A stretch of DNA of 64,000 nucleotides from Zygnema circumcarinatum SAG 698-1b (GCA_037447605.1 CM074814.1:1116001-1180000), one strand, 5' to 3'. Counted from the stretch's first letter, positions 21,801 to 35,126 are shown. Notes: generated by a model from the sequence alone, not told the origin. Numbers and translations: made by a program.

Positions 21801-23225
21801 CAAAAAATGTCCTTCCTCTCTTCTCCCTCCAATCTCATCACTCGATGCACACACACACTCATAACAAAGAACAAAATAAATCCCTTCCAAAAGTTTTGCC
21901 TACAACATGCATGAAGATCTGTTTCGAGCTTTTTCTTTTCTTTTTCCTAATTGGGTGCAAATGGGGTGTAACTCTAAACCGGGTTTCATCTCATAAGGCT
22001 GTACTTATGACGAGAAATCATTGAAGGCGAAAGCTTCCAATGGAGAAACATCTCAGTTTTGTCCCTTAAGTCCGCTGGAGGTTTCCATGATATTGAAGGT
22101 GGACTTTCCTCATACCCCATTTGCACCCCATTTGTATTTATAAATTATGCACATGTCATACATCTTTCTCAATCTCTCGCTCTGTCTCTTCACCCCCTCT
22201 CCTTCTCTCGTACTCTTTTTTTTGTGCCTTCTCTCTCGTTCGCGCTCCTCTGTGCGTCGCCCCTCACTCCTCGCTCTCTTATTTCCCTCCTTTTTCTCTC
22301 CTCTGAATTCTTGACTTCGTTCTCCCTGTCCTCTTTGCCCACCGCCGGTCTCTCCCGTCCTCCCCGCCTCTCCCTCTCCTTCCCTCCCTCATCTACCTTC
22401 CCTTCTCTCTCCATCTCTCGCTCCCTCACGCTCTCGCCCTCTCCCTCCGCCCTATCTACCCCACACTCCCTTTTCCCGCCTCTCTCTCCCTCTCGCTCTC
22501 GCCCTCTCCCTCCGCCCTATCTACCCCACACTCCCTTTTCCCGCCTCTCTCTCCCTCTCCCTCTCCCACTCTCTTTATCTACCTCTCCCCGCTCTCTCTC
22601 TCTCGCCCTCCCCGCGCCTCTCTTCGTTTGCCTCTTTCTCTCCCCATTCCTCACCCCCTCTCTCCCTCCATCCCCACTTCTCGTCCTCTTTCTTCCTCCT
22701 CAGTCTCTTTCTATCTCCCTCCCTCCTTCCTCCCAATCTCTCCCTCCCCCTCTCCCTCTCCCCCCCCTCCTCGCTCCTCTTTCCCTTTCCTCTCCTTTCC
22801 ACCCCTCTTCCTAAGCTCCGTCCCTCCCCCATCCCTCCCTCCCTCCCTCCCTCCCTCCCTCTCCCTCTCCCTCTCCCCCCTCTCCTCCCCTCTCCCTCCC
22901 CTCCCTCTCCCTCCCCTCCCACTCCGCCCCTTTCTCCCGCTCTCCCCTCTCCCACTAACAGCCCCAACGCATGTGGGAGCGAGGCCTTCCCCAGGTCATC
23001 GGCATCGACCCCTCCGTCCCGATCTACCTCGCGGGCGGCACCGTCGCCGGCGGAGCTGCCGCTCTCGCTCCGCTGCTCGCCGCGTTTCCGGGGCAGGTCA
23101 CAAACAAAGTGGCGATTCTGGGGAGGTCGAATATCTTGGTGAAGTACGGGGCTATCATCGACCATATTGTCGCTGTGAATAGGTGCGAATCTCACTCTCT
23201 CTCCCTCCCTCTCGCCCTCTCTCTC

Positions 23226-23290
<65 letters not shown>

Positions 23291-24280
23291 GTGTTGTTGC
23301 CCTCTTTCTCTTCCTTGGCTTTCTCCCTCTCTCTTCTCTTTTTGAGACTGTCGCTCACTCCCCCCTTCTCCATCGCCCTCTCTCGTCCTTCAAACCCTTT
23401 TTCTCGTCGCTCTTTTCTCCTAAATCTTAAATGCTCTCCGATGAGCTTATATCTTGACCTCAGGAAAACCCTTGAAAGTCTCAAGGATTGTCAAACCCTA
23501 AAAGTCATCGCAGTCCCCAAAAGCCATGACTATCTGAAAGCCGTACGCTTTGTCGGGTTCTTTGCTTCAGCATTTGGAACGGGTGTTGTTTCCATGTTTT
23601 TTGAGGCGCTGTGGGGTACTCCTTCTGCATGGCGAGCTGAGGTTTAGGGTTGTCGCTGCAGTGACTTGTTGGTGCTGACGGACGGACGGAGCAACTGGGG
23701 CCACGTGGTGGAGGGAGAGCGCATCTACGTTCACGGCTTCAAGAAAGTGCGTTCGGTTCTACTACACACCCAAAACATAATCTTTTAAAACACATCCATG
23801 ACATGCCTTCAGACGGCGATAGTGCGCTGAAGGGAATGACATAACACCGGAAACTTTATCACCCCTCGTTACATCACATCACTTCGCAGCATGACATTAC
23901 GCTGTATGGTGTCGAGTGCGGAGCAATCTCATAACATCATCCGTCTTCATGTGACAGTCCGTCAAACATTTGAACTTCCGCACTTGAACCAGAAAGTAAA
24001 CAGATTGATTTCCTTTTCTTGTTTGTGAGGGTGATGTCGGCGGGAGCAGGAAACGTTTGTGACAGATCCGCAAGTTTTTTCGCCCCTTTTCCAAGGAGAG
24101 ACTGTAGATATGGAAATGTTAGAGTCGGCGGTGGCAGCCCACAGAGGCTCTTATTGGCTGTCGGGATGCAGGCGGGAAAAAAAAAATCCGGGATTTGGAT
24201 TTTGCTATCCCCTGCAATGCATGTGCGACATTAATACTGACACTTCAATTCGTTGGGAAAGAAGAGACTTTCAATTTTGA
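18887..24280 (+). CDS. GT106/O-fucosyltransferase-family glycosyltransferase, copy A, 10 exons
   Basis: N-terminal signal anchor, then [137 protein letters not shown] and CYPLQCMC. All nine introns were splice-checked as GT-AG with compatible phases. Confidence 0.85.
19209..19253. mobile_element. Solo transposon-terminus-like sequence (CAGTGGCGGATCCAGGATTTTT..) in intron 1 of copy A; also in copy C (about 41534-41598), absent from copy B
   Basis: Resembles MITE termini of the GGCGGATCCAGG type. Only one end was found and no TSD. Confidence 0.4.
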
Positions 24281-24349
24281 GGCTGTAAATATTCGAATGT
24301 TCAACATTTTTTTGGCAATTTCTCAAGTTATGAAAAGATTGTCGTCGAA

Positions 24350-24835
24350 AAGCTGTCTATCCCTCTCCCTATCTTTTTGGTGCTCTCTCTCTCTCTTCCC
24401 CTATCGCCCGCTCTCTTCTCTTTGACTTTCTCCCTATCTCTCCATTTGCGTGCTCTCTTTTCTCTGAGTCTCTCTCACTCCCTCTTTCACTTTTTCTCTT
24501 CTCGCTGAATCTAACATGCTCTCCGATAACCATATATTCTGACCTCACGAAAACCGTCAAGAGCGGAGCACTCTCCTAACATTATCCACCTTCATGTGAC
24601 AGTCCGCTAAACATTTGATCTTGCACACTTGGAACAAAATGTTAATAGAATGATTTTTTCTTTTCTGTTTGTGTAGGTGGTGTCGACGGGACCAGGAAAC
24701 GCTTGCGACAGATTCTCAAGTTTGTTCGCCCTACTTTCAAGGAGAGGCGGTAGACTTGGAAATATCTAGGTCAACGGTGGCAGCCTATCGAAAGGAGTAT
24801 CGGGTGTCGGGATGTCCGCGAGGAAAAAAAAACTG
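24350..24835 (+). pseudogene. Orphan 3' fragment of the GT106 gene: intron 8 fused to intron 9 (exon 9 deleted), plus a truncated exon 10
   Basis: Similar to intron segments at 23430-23480 and 23915-24050; reads ETLATDSQVCSPYFQGEAVDLEISRS..GCPRGKKN then TGA. Confidence 0.8.
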
Positions 24836-25152
24836 AAAGCAGAGCCTACCAGTGGAAGGGCACCACTAAGTATGGGTTTGGCCCTTAGGTTCGTCAGAGG
24901 GTGCCGCCCCGTCTCCAAGCGCCTTTTTTACGTTGGTAAAGGGTTTGACGGGGCATCGGTAAAACTAGCATTAACAAAGGAGCGGCTGGGAAGCCATCTT
25001 GCTACATGCATTCATGAGATCTGCCTTGAACGCAATTTCTAGTTTTAGCAATATGGGTTTTACCAATCCTTGCAACACACTTCCAACGGTAACAAAAGGA
25101 AAGGACATGCAAGGCTCAAATGAAGTTAGGGGAGAATGATTTTGCATTGAAT

Positions 25153-28100
25153 TTAAGTTTTATTATTTATTATGCACATGCATTGCATGGGATAACAAAA
25201 TCCAACTCCCGGGTTTTTTTTTTCCCGCTTGCATCCCGACACCCCATACTCCCGTTGGTAGGCTGCTAGCGCCGACCTGAGAATGTCCATGTCTACAACC
25301 TCTCCTTGAAAGTAGGGCGAAAAAACTTGCGGATTAGTCACAAGCGTTTCCTGCTCTTGCCGACATCACCCGCACGAACAGAACAAAAAAAAAAAAAGTC
25401 AATCTAGTTACTTTCTGTTTCCAAGTGCAGAAGATCAAATGTTTCGCTGATTGTCACATGAAGACGGCTAATGTCAAGAGATTGCTCTGCTCTCGACACC
25501 ATGCGACGTGATGTCATGGTGCGGAGTGATGTGATGTAACAAGGGGCCATAAGAGTTCCGGTGTTATGTCATCCCCTTCAGCGCACCATCGCCGTTTGAA
25601 GGCATGTCATGGATGTGTTTTAAAAAGATTATGTTTTGGGTGTGTAGTAGAACCGAACGCACTTTCTTGAAGCCGTGAACGTAGTTGCGCTCTCCCTCCA
25701 CCACGTGGCCCCAGTTGCTCCGTCCGTCCGTCAGCACCAACAGGTCACTGCAGCGACAACCCTACACCTCAGCTTGCCATTGCAGGAGGAATACCTCGCA
25801 ACACCTCAAAAAACATGGAAACAATACACGTTCCAAATGCTGAAGCAAAGAACCCGACAAAGCGTACGGCTTTCAGGTCGTCATCGCTTTTGGGGGCTAC
25901 GGTGACTTTTAGGGTTTGACGATGCTTAGACTTTCGAGAGTTTTCATGCGGTCAAGATAAAAGCTCATCGGAAAGCATGTAAGATATAAGAGAAACGAGG
26001 AAGGAAAGAGACGAGGAAAAGGGAGGGAAGGAAGAGAGGGAGATGGAGTGGGGGGGAGTGAGCGATAGTCTCAAAAAGAGAACAGAGAGGGAGAAAGCCA
26101 AGGAAGAGAGAGAAGGGAACAACAGGGAGGGAGGAAGGGAGNNNNNNNNNNGGGAGGGAGGGAGGGAGGGAGAGAGAGAGGGAGAGAAGCAATAGCGAGA
26201 AATGTCGCGAGAGAGGGAGGGCGAGAGGGAGGGAGAGTGAGATTCGCACCTATTCACAGCGACAATATGGTCGATGATAGCCCCGTACTTCACCAAGATA
26301 TTCGACCTCCCCAGAAGCGCCTCTTTGTTTGTGACCTGCCCCGGAAACGCGGCGAGCAGCGGAGCGAGAGCGGCAGCTCCGCCGGCGACGGTGCCGCCCG
26401 CGAGGTAGATCGGGACGGAGGGGTCGATGCCGATGACCTGGGGAGGGCGGGAGACGGGAGGGAGAGGGGGGAAGGGAGTGGGGAGGAGAGGGGGGTAGAG
26501 GGGAGGGAGTTGGGGGAGGAGAATGTGGAAAGGAGAGGGGAGGGGGAGGAGATTGAGAGAGGGAGCGGGGAGGTAGTGGGGAGGGAAGGGAGGGAGAGGG
26601 AGTGGAGAAGGGAGGGAACGAGGAGGGAGGGGGGGACGAGGGAGGGAGGAAAAGGGGTGGGAGAGATTGGGAGCGAGGGGGGAGGTAGATAAAAAGGGAG
26701 AGTGGAGGCAGAGTGAGAAAGAGGAAGTGGGGATGGAGAGCGAGGGGGCGGGAGGGATGGAGAGAGAAGGGGAGGCAAATAAAGAGAGGGAAAGGGAGGG
26801 GTTGAGAGGAAGGAAGGGGAGAGAGACGGAGGCAGGGGGGAGGTAGATAAGGAGGCGAGAGGGAGGGGAGAATGAGGCGGAGAAGGGGAGAGATGAGGAG
26901 AGTGAGGGGAGAGACAGGGCGAGAGCAAGAGGGAGCGAGAATGGAGTGAGAATTGGAGGTAGATAAGGAAGGAGGGAGAGGAGACGGAGAGGGGGGGAGG
27001 GAGGAAGCGACCAATGACGAAGGCTAAGGAGAACGAAGCCAAGGATTCAGAAGAGAGGAAAGAAAGAGGGAAAGAAGAGAGCGAGGGGGGGAGAGGGGCG
27101 ACGAAATAGCAACGCAAAGAGGAGAGCGAACGAGTAAGGAGAGAGTGTACGAGAGGAGTGGGAAAGAAGAGAGGGCGAGAGGGAGATGTATGACATGTGC
27201 ATAATATATCAAATACAAATGGGTTGCAAATGGGGTGTAAGGAAGGTCCACCTTCAATATCATGGAAATCTCCAGCGGACTTAAGGGACAAAAATGGGAT
27301 GTTTCTCCATCGTCAGGGCGTGCCTTTAGAGATTTCTCGTCATATGTGCAGACTAATGAGACGAAACCCGGTTAGAGTTAAACCCCCCGTTGTACCCAAT
27401 TAGGGTAAAGAAAAGGAAAAGTTCGAAATACGTCTTCATCCATGTGGTAAGCAACTTTTTTGGAAGGAGGTTATTTTGTTCTTTGTTATGAGTGTGTGTG
27501 TGTGTGTGCGTGTGGGAGTGATAAGTTGAGAGAGAGGAGAGAGGAAGGACAAGTTTTGCTTGTGAAAGAGCGAGGAAGAGGAGGGAAGTTGAGAGAGCGG
27601 GTCAGATGGGGGGAAAAAGGGGGGCGGAGAGAGGCGAGACGAGGGACGAAGACAGAAATAGTGGGAGAGAGCACGACCTGACGAATGGGGAAGGAACGAA
27701 AGCTACAGAGGGAAAGCAAGAAATTGAAGTNNNNNNNNNNGGGAGGGAGGGAGGGAGGGAGAGAGAGAGGGAGAGAAGCAATAGCGAGAAATGTCGCGAG
27801 AGAGGGAGGGCGAGAGGGAGGGAGAGAGTGAGATTCGCACCTATTCACAGCGACAATATGGTCGATGATAGCCCCGTACTTCACCAAGATATTCGACCTC
27901 CCCAGAAGCGCCTCTTTGTTTGTGACCTGCCCCGGAAACGCGGCGAGCAGCGGAGCGAGAGCGGCAGCTCCGCCGGCGACGGTGCCGCCCGCGAGGTAGA
28001 TCGGGACGGAGGGGTCGATGCCGATGACCTGGGGAGGGCGGGAGACGGGAGGGAGAGGGGGGAAGGGAGTGGGGAGGAGAGGGGGGTAGAGGGGAGGGAG

Positions 28101-31100
28101 TTGGGGGAGGAGAATGTGGAAAGGAGAGGGGAGGGGGAGGAGATTGAGAGAGGGAGCGGGGAGGTAGTGGGGAGGGAAGGGAGGGAGAGGGAGTGGAGAA
28201 GGGAGGGAACGAGGAGGGAGGGGGGGACGAGGGAGGGAGGAAAAGGGGTGGGAGAGATTGGGAGCGAGGGGGGAGGTAGATAAAAAGGGAGAGTGGAGGC
28301 AGAGTGAGAAAGAGGAAGTGGGGATGGAGAGCGAGGGGGCGGGAGGGATGGAGAGAGAAGGGGAGGCAAATAAAGAGAGGGAAAGGGAGGGGTTGAGAGG
28401 AAGGAAGGGGAGAGAGACGGAGGCAGGGGGGAGGTAGATAAGGAGGCGAGAGGGAGGGGAGAATGAGGCGGAGAAGGGGAGAGATGAGGAGAGTGAGGGG
28501 AGAGACAGGGCGAGAGCAAGAGGGAGCGAGAATGGAGTGAGAATTGGAGGTAGATAAGGAAGGAGGGAGAGGAGACGGAGAGGGGGGGAGGGAGGAAGCG
28601 ACCAATGACGAAGGCTAAGGAGAACGAAGCCAAGGATTCAGAAGAGAGGAAAGAAAGAGGGAAAGAAGAGAGCGAGGGGGGGAGAGGGGCGACGAAATAG
28701 CAACGCAAAGAGGAGAGCGAACGAGTAAGGAGAGAGTGTACGAGAGGAGTGGGAAAGAAGAGAGGGCGAGAGGGAGATGTATGACATGTGCATAATATAT
28801 CAAATACAAATGGGTTGCAAATGGGGTGTAAGGAAGGTCCACCTTCAATATCATGGAAATCTCCAGCGGACTTAAGGGACAAAAATGGGATGTTTCTCCA
28901 TCGTCAGGGCGTGCCTTTAGAGATTTCTCGTCATATGTGCAGACTAATGAGACGAAACCCGGTTAGAGTTAAACCCCCCGTTGTACCCAATTAGGGTAAA
29001 GAAAAGGAAAAGTTCGAAATACGTCTTCATCCATGTGGTAAGCAACTTTTTTGGAAGGAGGTTATTTTGTTCTTTGTTATGAGTGTGTGTGTGTGTGTGC
29101 GTGTGGGAGTGATAAGTTGAGAGAGAGGAGAGAGGAAGGACAAGTTTTGCTTGTGAAAGAGCGAGGAAGAGGAGGGAAGTTGAGAGAGCGGGTCAGATGG
29201 GGGGAAAAAGGGGGGCGGAGAGAGGCGAGACGAGGGACGAAGACAGAAATAGTGGGAGAGAGCACGACCTGACGAATGGGGAAGGAACGAAAGCTACAGA
29301 GGGAAAGCAAGAAATTGAAGTAGAGATAGATAGAGAGAGAGAGGGAGGAAGAGAGAGATATAGAGAAAGTGGGAGAGAGGGAGACCCACAGCTATATTTG
29401 AGCCAGTCAGGCTCGAACCGCATGTGCACCGCCACATAGGTCCCATTCTGTTGTAATTTCTTGATCACTGCTGATCCCACGCTAATCCCCGTGCAGTTGA
29501 CAAATTCATTAATCTAAATCTACATATAAATGGCCATTTACAATGAACTCAGCAAACTGAACACTTCGAAGCTAAATTGAGAGTGGTTTTGGGGAGCAAA
29601 AGTGGAAGTTCGATCGTTTTCCTCTCCTCTCTCGTTCTCTCTGTTCCTCTCAATCCTCCTCTCCCCCTCTCCCCTTAGCACACTCACTTTCTCCCTCTCT
29701 CTCTTTAATTCATTCTCTCCTGCGACCCCTGATATTTGACCGTCTCTCTCCTTTCGATCTCTCTTTCGCTCTCTCTCTCTCACTTTCTCTCTCATCATTC
29801 TCCATCTCCCGCTGCTCCTACACTTACTCGACCTCCTACTGTCTCTCTCCCTCTCCCTCTCCTGCAAGTGGTTGTGCTCACTCTTGAATATGGGGGAGAA
29901 ACCGGAGAGCGTGATAGTTTGCTCGGCATCGTAACCGCTAATAACAAAAACAAGCCCCAGCCGGAACACCAGAATGGGACAGAGAGGAAGAGAGAGAGAG
30001 CAAGAAAGAGAGAGGAAGATGGAGAGAACGAGAGGAAGAGAGAAAGGAGTGAAGTGGTAGGGAGAAACATGCGAGGGAGGAAGCGATGAGGGAGAGGAGA
30101 GCAAAGGAGGGACAGGGCTAGTGAGCGAAAGAGGAATCAAAGGCGATAGAAATAAACGAAACCTCAACAATAAGACACAAAAAACCTAAAGAAAAGAAGT
30201 ATGCATCAAATTTCGAAACCGAAACATCAGAAACCCTCCACATAGCGTTTGACAGCGCTTACTTGGAGGTCCGCAGGGAGATTTTCGACCAATTGCACGT
30301 GCCACCTTGTTAGGCAGAGACAGCCTTCTTGAATTAAAAGGGGGAGAATTTGTTGAGTTATTACTTCTATGGTCAAATAATTCGGATGACTGTGGACGAG
30401 GGAGGAGCTCACACATTTGGGTTCCACATTGGGAGGAAGAGTTCTGAAACGATAATTCTCTGATTCACAATATGAGTGGTATAGAAAGAGAGCAAGAGAA
30501 AGAGAGAGGGAAAGGAAGAGCAAGAGAGGGAGAGTGGGGTAGGGGGAGGGAGCTGGGGAAAAGAGGGAGAGCGAGCGTTGGAGAGGGACAGAGAAAGAAA
30601 GGAGTGAGGGGGGGAGGAGCGGCTGAAGGGAGTGGGTGTACTACAGATGGGAGAGACGATGAGAGAAAGAGGGAGAGAGGGAGAGAGAGGATGTGGAGGA
30701 AAGGGCGTAGGTGACGAACAGCACAGGCATTCGGACTTGTGTTGGATGTCACCTTACAATCTCCACAACTTCTTTGAGCGATTCGATGAACCAAGGAACG
30801 TCAAACACATCTTCCATCTTCCTGCACGCAAGCCAAACAAACTAATTCACCGAAATAACAACATCAAATTCGAAATCAACCCTCAAAACCCTAACAAACG
30901 TTCGCACTTCCTCCCTCTGTTCCCCCTCCAGTCTCCCTCACCATCTCACTTTCATCTCTCGTCTCTCATATCATCTCATCGCTTTCCCTCTCTCTTGCTC
31001 TCTGTCCCTCTCTTCGCGGACGAGAGAGTGAGAGAGACTCCCATGTGTGATGTTAACCAACTAACGCAAGATTGCAAGTAGCCACAACATGCTCCTCAAA

Positions 31101-32073
31101 CAACAAGCTCCAATTTTCCATCGACTCAAGCTATCCCGTTAATGTTCAGGTCTTCTGCAGCTCCCAAAGCTCACTTTCAGCCTCCTCGTGTTCCTTTTCC
31201 AAATCCTTCCCTCCCATGTCCTTCCGTTCCTCCTCTCATGCTGCACAAAGGGCTGCACTTTTTGGGCATAAAAGCTTCGCACGTGGCCACTTTCCACACT
31301 TCGTGCTCCTCCATGGCGGGGACGACGAGCGTTGCGTTGAGAAGGCGCGCCAACACAACAGCGTTGACGATGCCCTTTCTCTGTTGGTTGAAGCCGCCGC
31401 GAACTGAAACCGTCAAGTAGCCGTTGCTGCGCTCCGGAACTGGCAACGGAACGGAACGGCGAGCAACACCGCATAACGGAATTAGGGTTTCCATGCGGTG
31501 CCAGGAAGCAGAGGGCAGGCAGCATTGCTCGACCAAGCGGAGGACGTCATCAGAAGTGCGAAGGGATAGAGCGAATTGATTGATTTGAAGAGTATGAGTT
31601 TTATATTCTTTGAGGAATTCAGATTCTGAAACTGTTTGTGCCGAAGCAACGAATGGTGAACTAAGAAACGGAATGAAAGGTGTGGGCCTGAGAAGTGTTG
31701 CAGTGAACTGTGTCATGCGTTACTGGAGGTACTCCTCTGAACCAGTGACTTTTTATTTTTATTTTTATTTTTTATCTTAAGTATCTTGAGCTGAAAGAGG
31801 GCGATTCATGGTTAGGATTTGGATTGAAGGTTCAAATGATCAGAGCTGCGCAGGCTTACTCGAAAGATCGGCCTCGCGCCTCACATCGCTGCAAGGCACG
31901 AACTCGCTCGCGTTCGATCGTGGCAGCAGATGGCGCGGGCTGTACGGCTTCGCAGCCGGGCACGTGGCGCGCCTCAGGAAGCACGGCGGGCCGTGGGAGG
32001 AGAGCGCGGCCATGGAGAGGGATGTCAAGCACACGGCGAGGAGGAAGCCCAGGGGCCGCGCCATGGCGGCCAT
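25153..32073 (-). CDS. GT106/O-fucosyltransferase-family glycosyltransferase, copy B (inverted relative to A)
   Basis: Same exon series as copy A on the minus strand, ending ..GFCYPMQCMCIINNKT*. Exons 7-8 appear twice because of a gap-flanked near-exact duplication. Confidence 0.75.
26152..29320. repeat. Near-exact tandem duplication of about 1.59 kb (exons 7-8 of copy B); N gaps at 26142-26151 and 27731-27740
   Basis: ORF pairs repeat at an offset of 1591 (26250/27841, 26290/27881, 27197/28788); probable scaffolding artefact. Confidence 0.85.
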
Positions 32074-32275
32074 AATATTCGCTATGGCTGCGGCTCCGGC
32101 CCTTCCACGGCCTTCCCTCCCTCCTCCCTCCCTCCTCCCTCCTATGGTCGTTCGGCTAAACTGTACGGTCACCGCCAGGGCAATTCAAGTTGGCGGGTGT
32201 TCAATTTCAATTGTTGTACGGTCATTCTTAAAGCGTTCTAAAACTCTGAAACCGTTCGATATTAGAACCCCATCA

Positions 32276-34103
32276 TTCCCCATGCTGCTTTTGTCCATGT
32301 ACAATATTTGATGGCCTCGCCATCGTGAGGTCAATGCCGCTTTCCTCCCTTGCTTTCCTCGAGTCATTGCGATTTTTGCTTTCTGCATGTCATCGACTGG
32401 TATGTCCGGTCGACCGGAGGGCCAACTTGCACGCACGCGACCTTCGCGCCCTTATTTCGACGGGCAATTTTGGACTCATGCCGACTGTTCGTGTGGCGCC
32501 GAGTGCGTTTTGGGGTACTGTACTGTAGTTGGGTCCTTGTTGCTCCTACTCCGGCTTCGCGTTTTATCGTGGTTGATCGTCCGTTGCTCCACTCTGTTGC
32601 TGCTCGTGTCAAGAGAAAAAGGTGTTCGTGTCGTGCTCGTGTCGGTCATGATGGTCGCATTGCAGGATGCGCCCCGCGCTCCGCGCACGCGCCGCGACCA
32701 ATCAGCGCGCTCCGACATCTCCTATTCTCTCCACCGACATGGCCGAACCATGCGTCACGTCAACACAGAGATGCGCCGCGATTTGCGCGTTGTTACGACC
32801 AATCACGTCGCTGCGCGTCAAATCCGCCTCTCGCGCCCAAATCTTCGCGTCCTTACACTTCCGCGTCGTCCGTACAGTCACGCGCCGTCCGTACGGCCAC
32901 GCATCCCCTTTGCTACAGTACAGCCTAAGCCTAACGATACGGGCACCCCCCATGCTCGATCCTACACCAAACATGAGCGTCCATGCATGGACATTGTCCC
33001 TTACCAACACATTGATGTCCCGGACAACATTCATGCGACAAACTAAGTACCAAAACCTTGATGTACCTTACACATCAACACATTGCAGGGTTTTCCTCGT
33101 TGTGATTGTGGTGATACGATCAATGTCCAACTTCTTCGATGCGCACACAATGGCGAATGCTTTTTGGCTCATAATGTTGCTGCGGCGGCACAAGAGGCCG
33201 CTTCTTTGGACGACGCGAGCCGAGCCTCACTGTGTCCCCTCGACCGATTGTTCGTGACGAGCGCGGAGTTCGCCCTGATTTGCCCCCTATGGACGGTGCT
33301 CGGCGCATTGTTTGGGATGTTGTGTTGGCCGATCCAACACATCGCGATGTATTCTCTCGCGTGCAGCGCACCATGAAGGCGGGGCTGCTCGCGATGCGGC
33401 CCTTCGCAAGGAGCGTTAAACATGCCCACCGACGAGATTGTTCCTATGGCTGTTGCGATTTTTGGTTGCCTCGACGCCCGTTTGGATGCCGTCCTTCCTT
33501 CGCCAGTGCTTGCGCCCGTCGCTCCTTCCAGATGCGCGCGCGGCCCCGGAAGGAAGGAAGCCCTCCTCCGGCGATCGACACTGGTTCCTTTTTATCGACA
33601 GCGCCTTTCCGTCGCCGTTCAGCGTCGCCTCGCTTCTCCGCTCCTTCCGCGTGAAGCCGCGGTTGGTGGTGACCGTGTCGGTTAATGGCCTTCCGTCGCT
33701 CCTTCCTCGCGATGTGCTGCACATCGATCGGTGACCTTCGCGGCTGCTTCGAGGGGCTGCGCTGTTGCGCCTAGGCGTAGCTTTTCCGCTCCTAACCTTT
33801 TTCTTTTGTGCTTAGGTCCTTTGTAGCGGTCGTTACACTACCCACTATGGTGCTTCCCGCACCGTGGACCCCGCCGTACGGTCGGCGTAGTACAGACAGT
33901 ACGGCGGAGCATACGGTTAACCATACTGTACGGCTGAAGGACGTCGATCGTACGGTACAGCCGTACGGCGGGTACATGGTGCGCGGAGCACCATTGTGGG
34001 TAGTGTAGCAACCGCTACATCCTTTGCGACCAGTCCCTCGTGGTTCCCCATGCTGCTTTTGTCCATGCACATTTGATGGCCTCGCCATCGTGGATCAATG
34101 CCA
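32276..34103 (+). mobile_element. Decayed 3' part of an RLE-type (CRE-like) non-LTR retrotransposon, preceded by an extra copy of its 3' end
   Basis: Frameshifted remnants: GSWVLVAP..SRFIVVDRPLL, CDCG..LLRC, GVRPDL..IVWDVVLADPT, EIVPMAVAIFGCLDARLD, FYRQRLSVAVQRRLASPLL. A motif of about 60 bp (ttcccatgctgcttttgtccatg..atttgatggcctcgccatcgtg..tcaat) occurs at 32276-32340 and 34044-34103. Confidence 0.75.
33822..34019. mobile_element. 198-bp MITE with TGTAG..CTACA ends, TIRs of about 60 bp and a 5-bp TSD (TCCTT)
   Basis: tcctt|tgtagcggtcgttacactacccactatggtgct..ccgccgtacgg ... ccgtacggcgg..agcaccattgtgggtagtgtagcaaccgctaca|tcctt. The homologous site in the second retroelement (about 44955) is empty. 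Confidence 0.85.
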
Positions 34104-34109
34104 TTTTCC

Positions 34110-34372
34110 TTTTTTCGAAAAGTAAATAGATTGGTTTTTTTTTTGTTTGTGTAGGTGATGTCGACGGGAGCAGGAAACCCTCATGACAGATTCGCAAGTT
34201 TTTTCGCCCTACTTTAAAGGAGAGCTGGTAGATTATGGAATTTTTTAGGTCAGCGGTGGCAGCCCATCGAAATGAGTATCGGATGTCGGGATGTAGGCGA
34301 GAAAAAAAAAACTTCGGAGTTGGATATTGTTATCTCACACAAAGCATGTGCGACATAAATAATGAAACTTAA
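34110..34372 (+). pseudogene. Orphan frameshifted copy of GT106 exon 10 with its acceptor
   Basis: gggagcag/GAAACCCTCATGACAGATTCGCAAGTTTTTTCGCCCTACTTT.. reaches TAG early after a frameshift; the degenerate tail TGTTATCTCACACAAAGCATGTGCGAC is still present. Confidence 0.8.
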
Positions 34373-34709
34373 ATTCAATGTCACAGCGTTCTCGCCTAAA
34401 TTTGGCTAGAAATATTCCAGAGTTCAATTTTTATTGTAGCAACTTGAAACCCGTCAAACTGTGACAGGATTGTCTTTTATTTGAAATGCTGTGAATTGAA
34501 GTGCCTTAAGACAGTTGAGGGGCACATTCATTTTTTATATGTCGGTTATCGAATGTTATCTACAGTCGCACGTGCAGTTGCATGCAGTCCCGCCTTCAGC
34601 AAGAGCGTTGTCTGCATCTGCTTTCGGGTGGAAAGAGAGGGAGAGACATTTGTCCACTCTAAACTAAAACTTAGAGCTTTAAAGAAAGGAACCATTTCTA
34701 CTTTGCCGA

Positions 34710-35065
34710 CATGCATTGTAACAGGATGGCTTCCCAGCCCCCTTGCTCTATCTCTCTTAATGCTGGTTTCTAGCGAGCAAGGAGCAGTCGAGCTCACCGA
34801 TTGCCCCTCCGCTCCCGCTGTCGAACCCTATCGAACCCTTTTTTTTCGGGGGGGGACCGGGAGCCCACCAGTGGCGAGGCGCCACGTAGTATGGGTTTGC
34901 CTCTTACGTTAGGCAAAGGGTGCCGCCCCGTCCCCAAGTGCCTTTTTGACGTTGGTAAAGGGTTCGACGGGGGGAAGCGGAGGGGCATCGGTGAGCTCGA
35001 CAAGCTCGCTGAAAACCAGCATTAACAAAGGAGCGGCTGGGAAGCCATCTTGCTACATGCATTCA
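34710..35065. repeat. Inverted repeat of about 110-120 bp arms (34710-34829 and 34959-35065) at the tail-to-tail junction downstream of copy C
   Basis: gatggcttcccagcc..ttaatgctggttt..gtcgagctcaccgat.gcccctccgct..gtcgaaccct pairs with agggttcgac..agcggaggggcatcggtgagctcgac..aaaccagcattaa..ggctgggaagccatc. Confidence 0.85.
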
Positions 35066-35126
35066 TGGGATATGCCTTGAATGCAATTTCTAGTTTTAAA
35101 AATATGGGTTTTATATTGCATTGAAT

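Noticed and set aside
23490-23650. Telomere-like AAACCCTA / TTTAGGG motifs
   Set aside because: Isolated single copies in an intron, not an interstitial telomeric array
32610-33085. Insertion interrupting the first retroelement remnant, considered as a separate TE
   Set aside because: No TIR or TSD could be identified by eye; left unclassified
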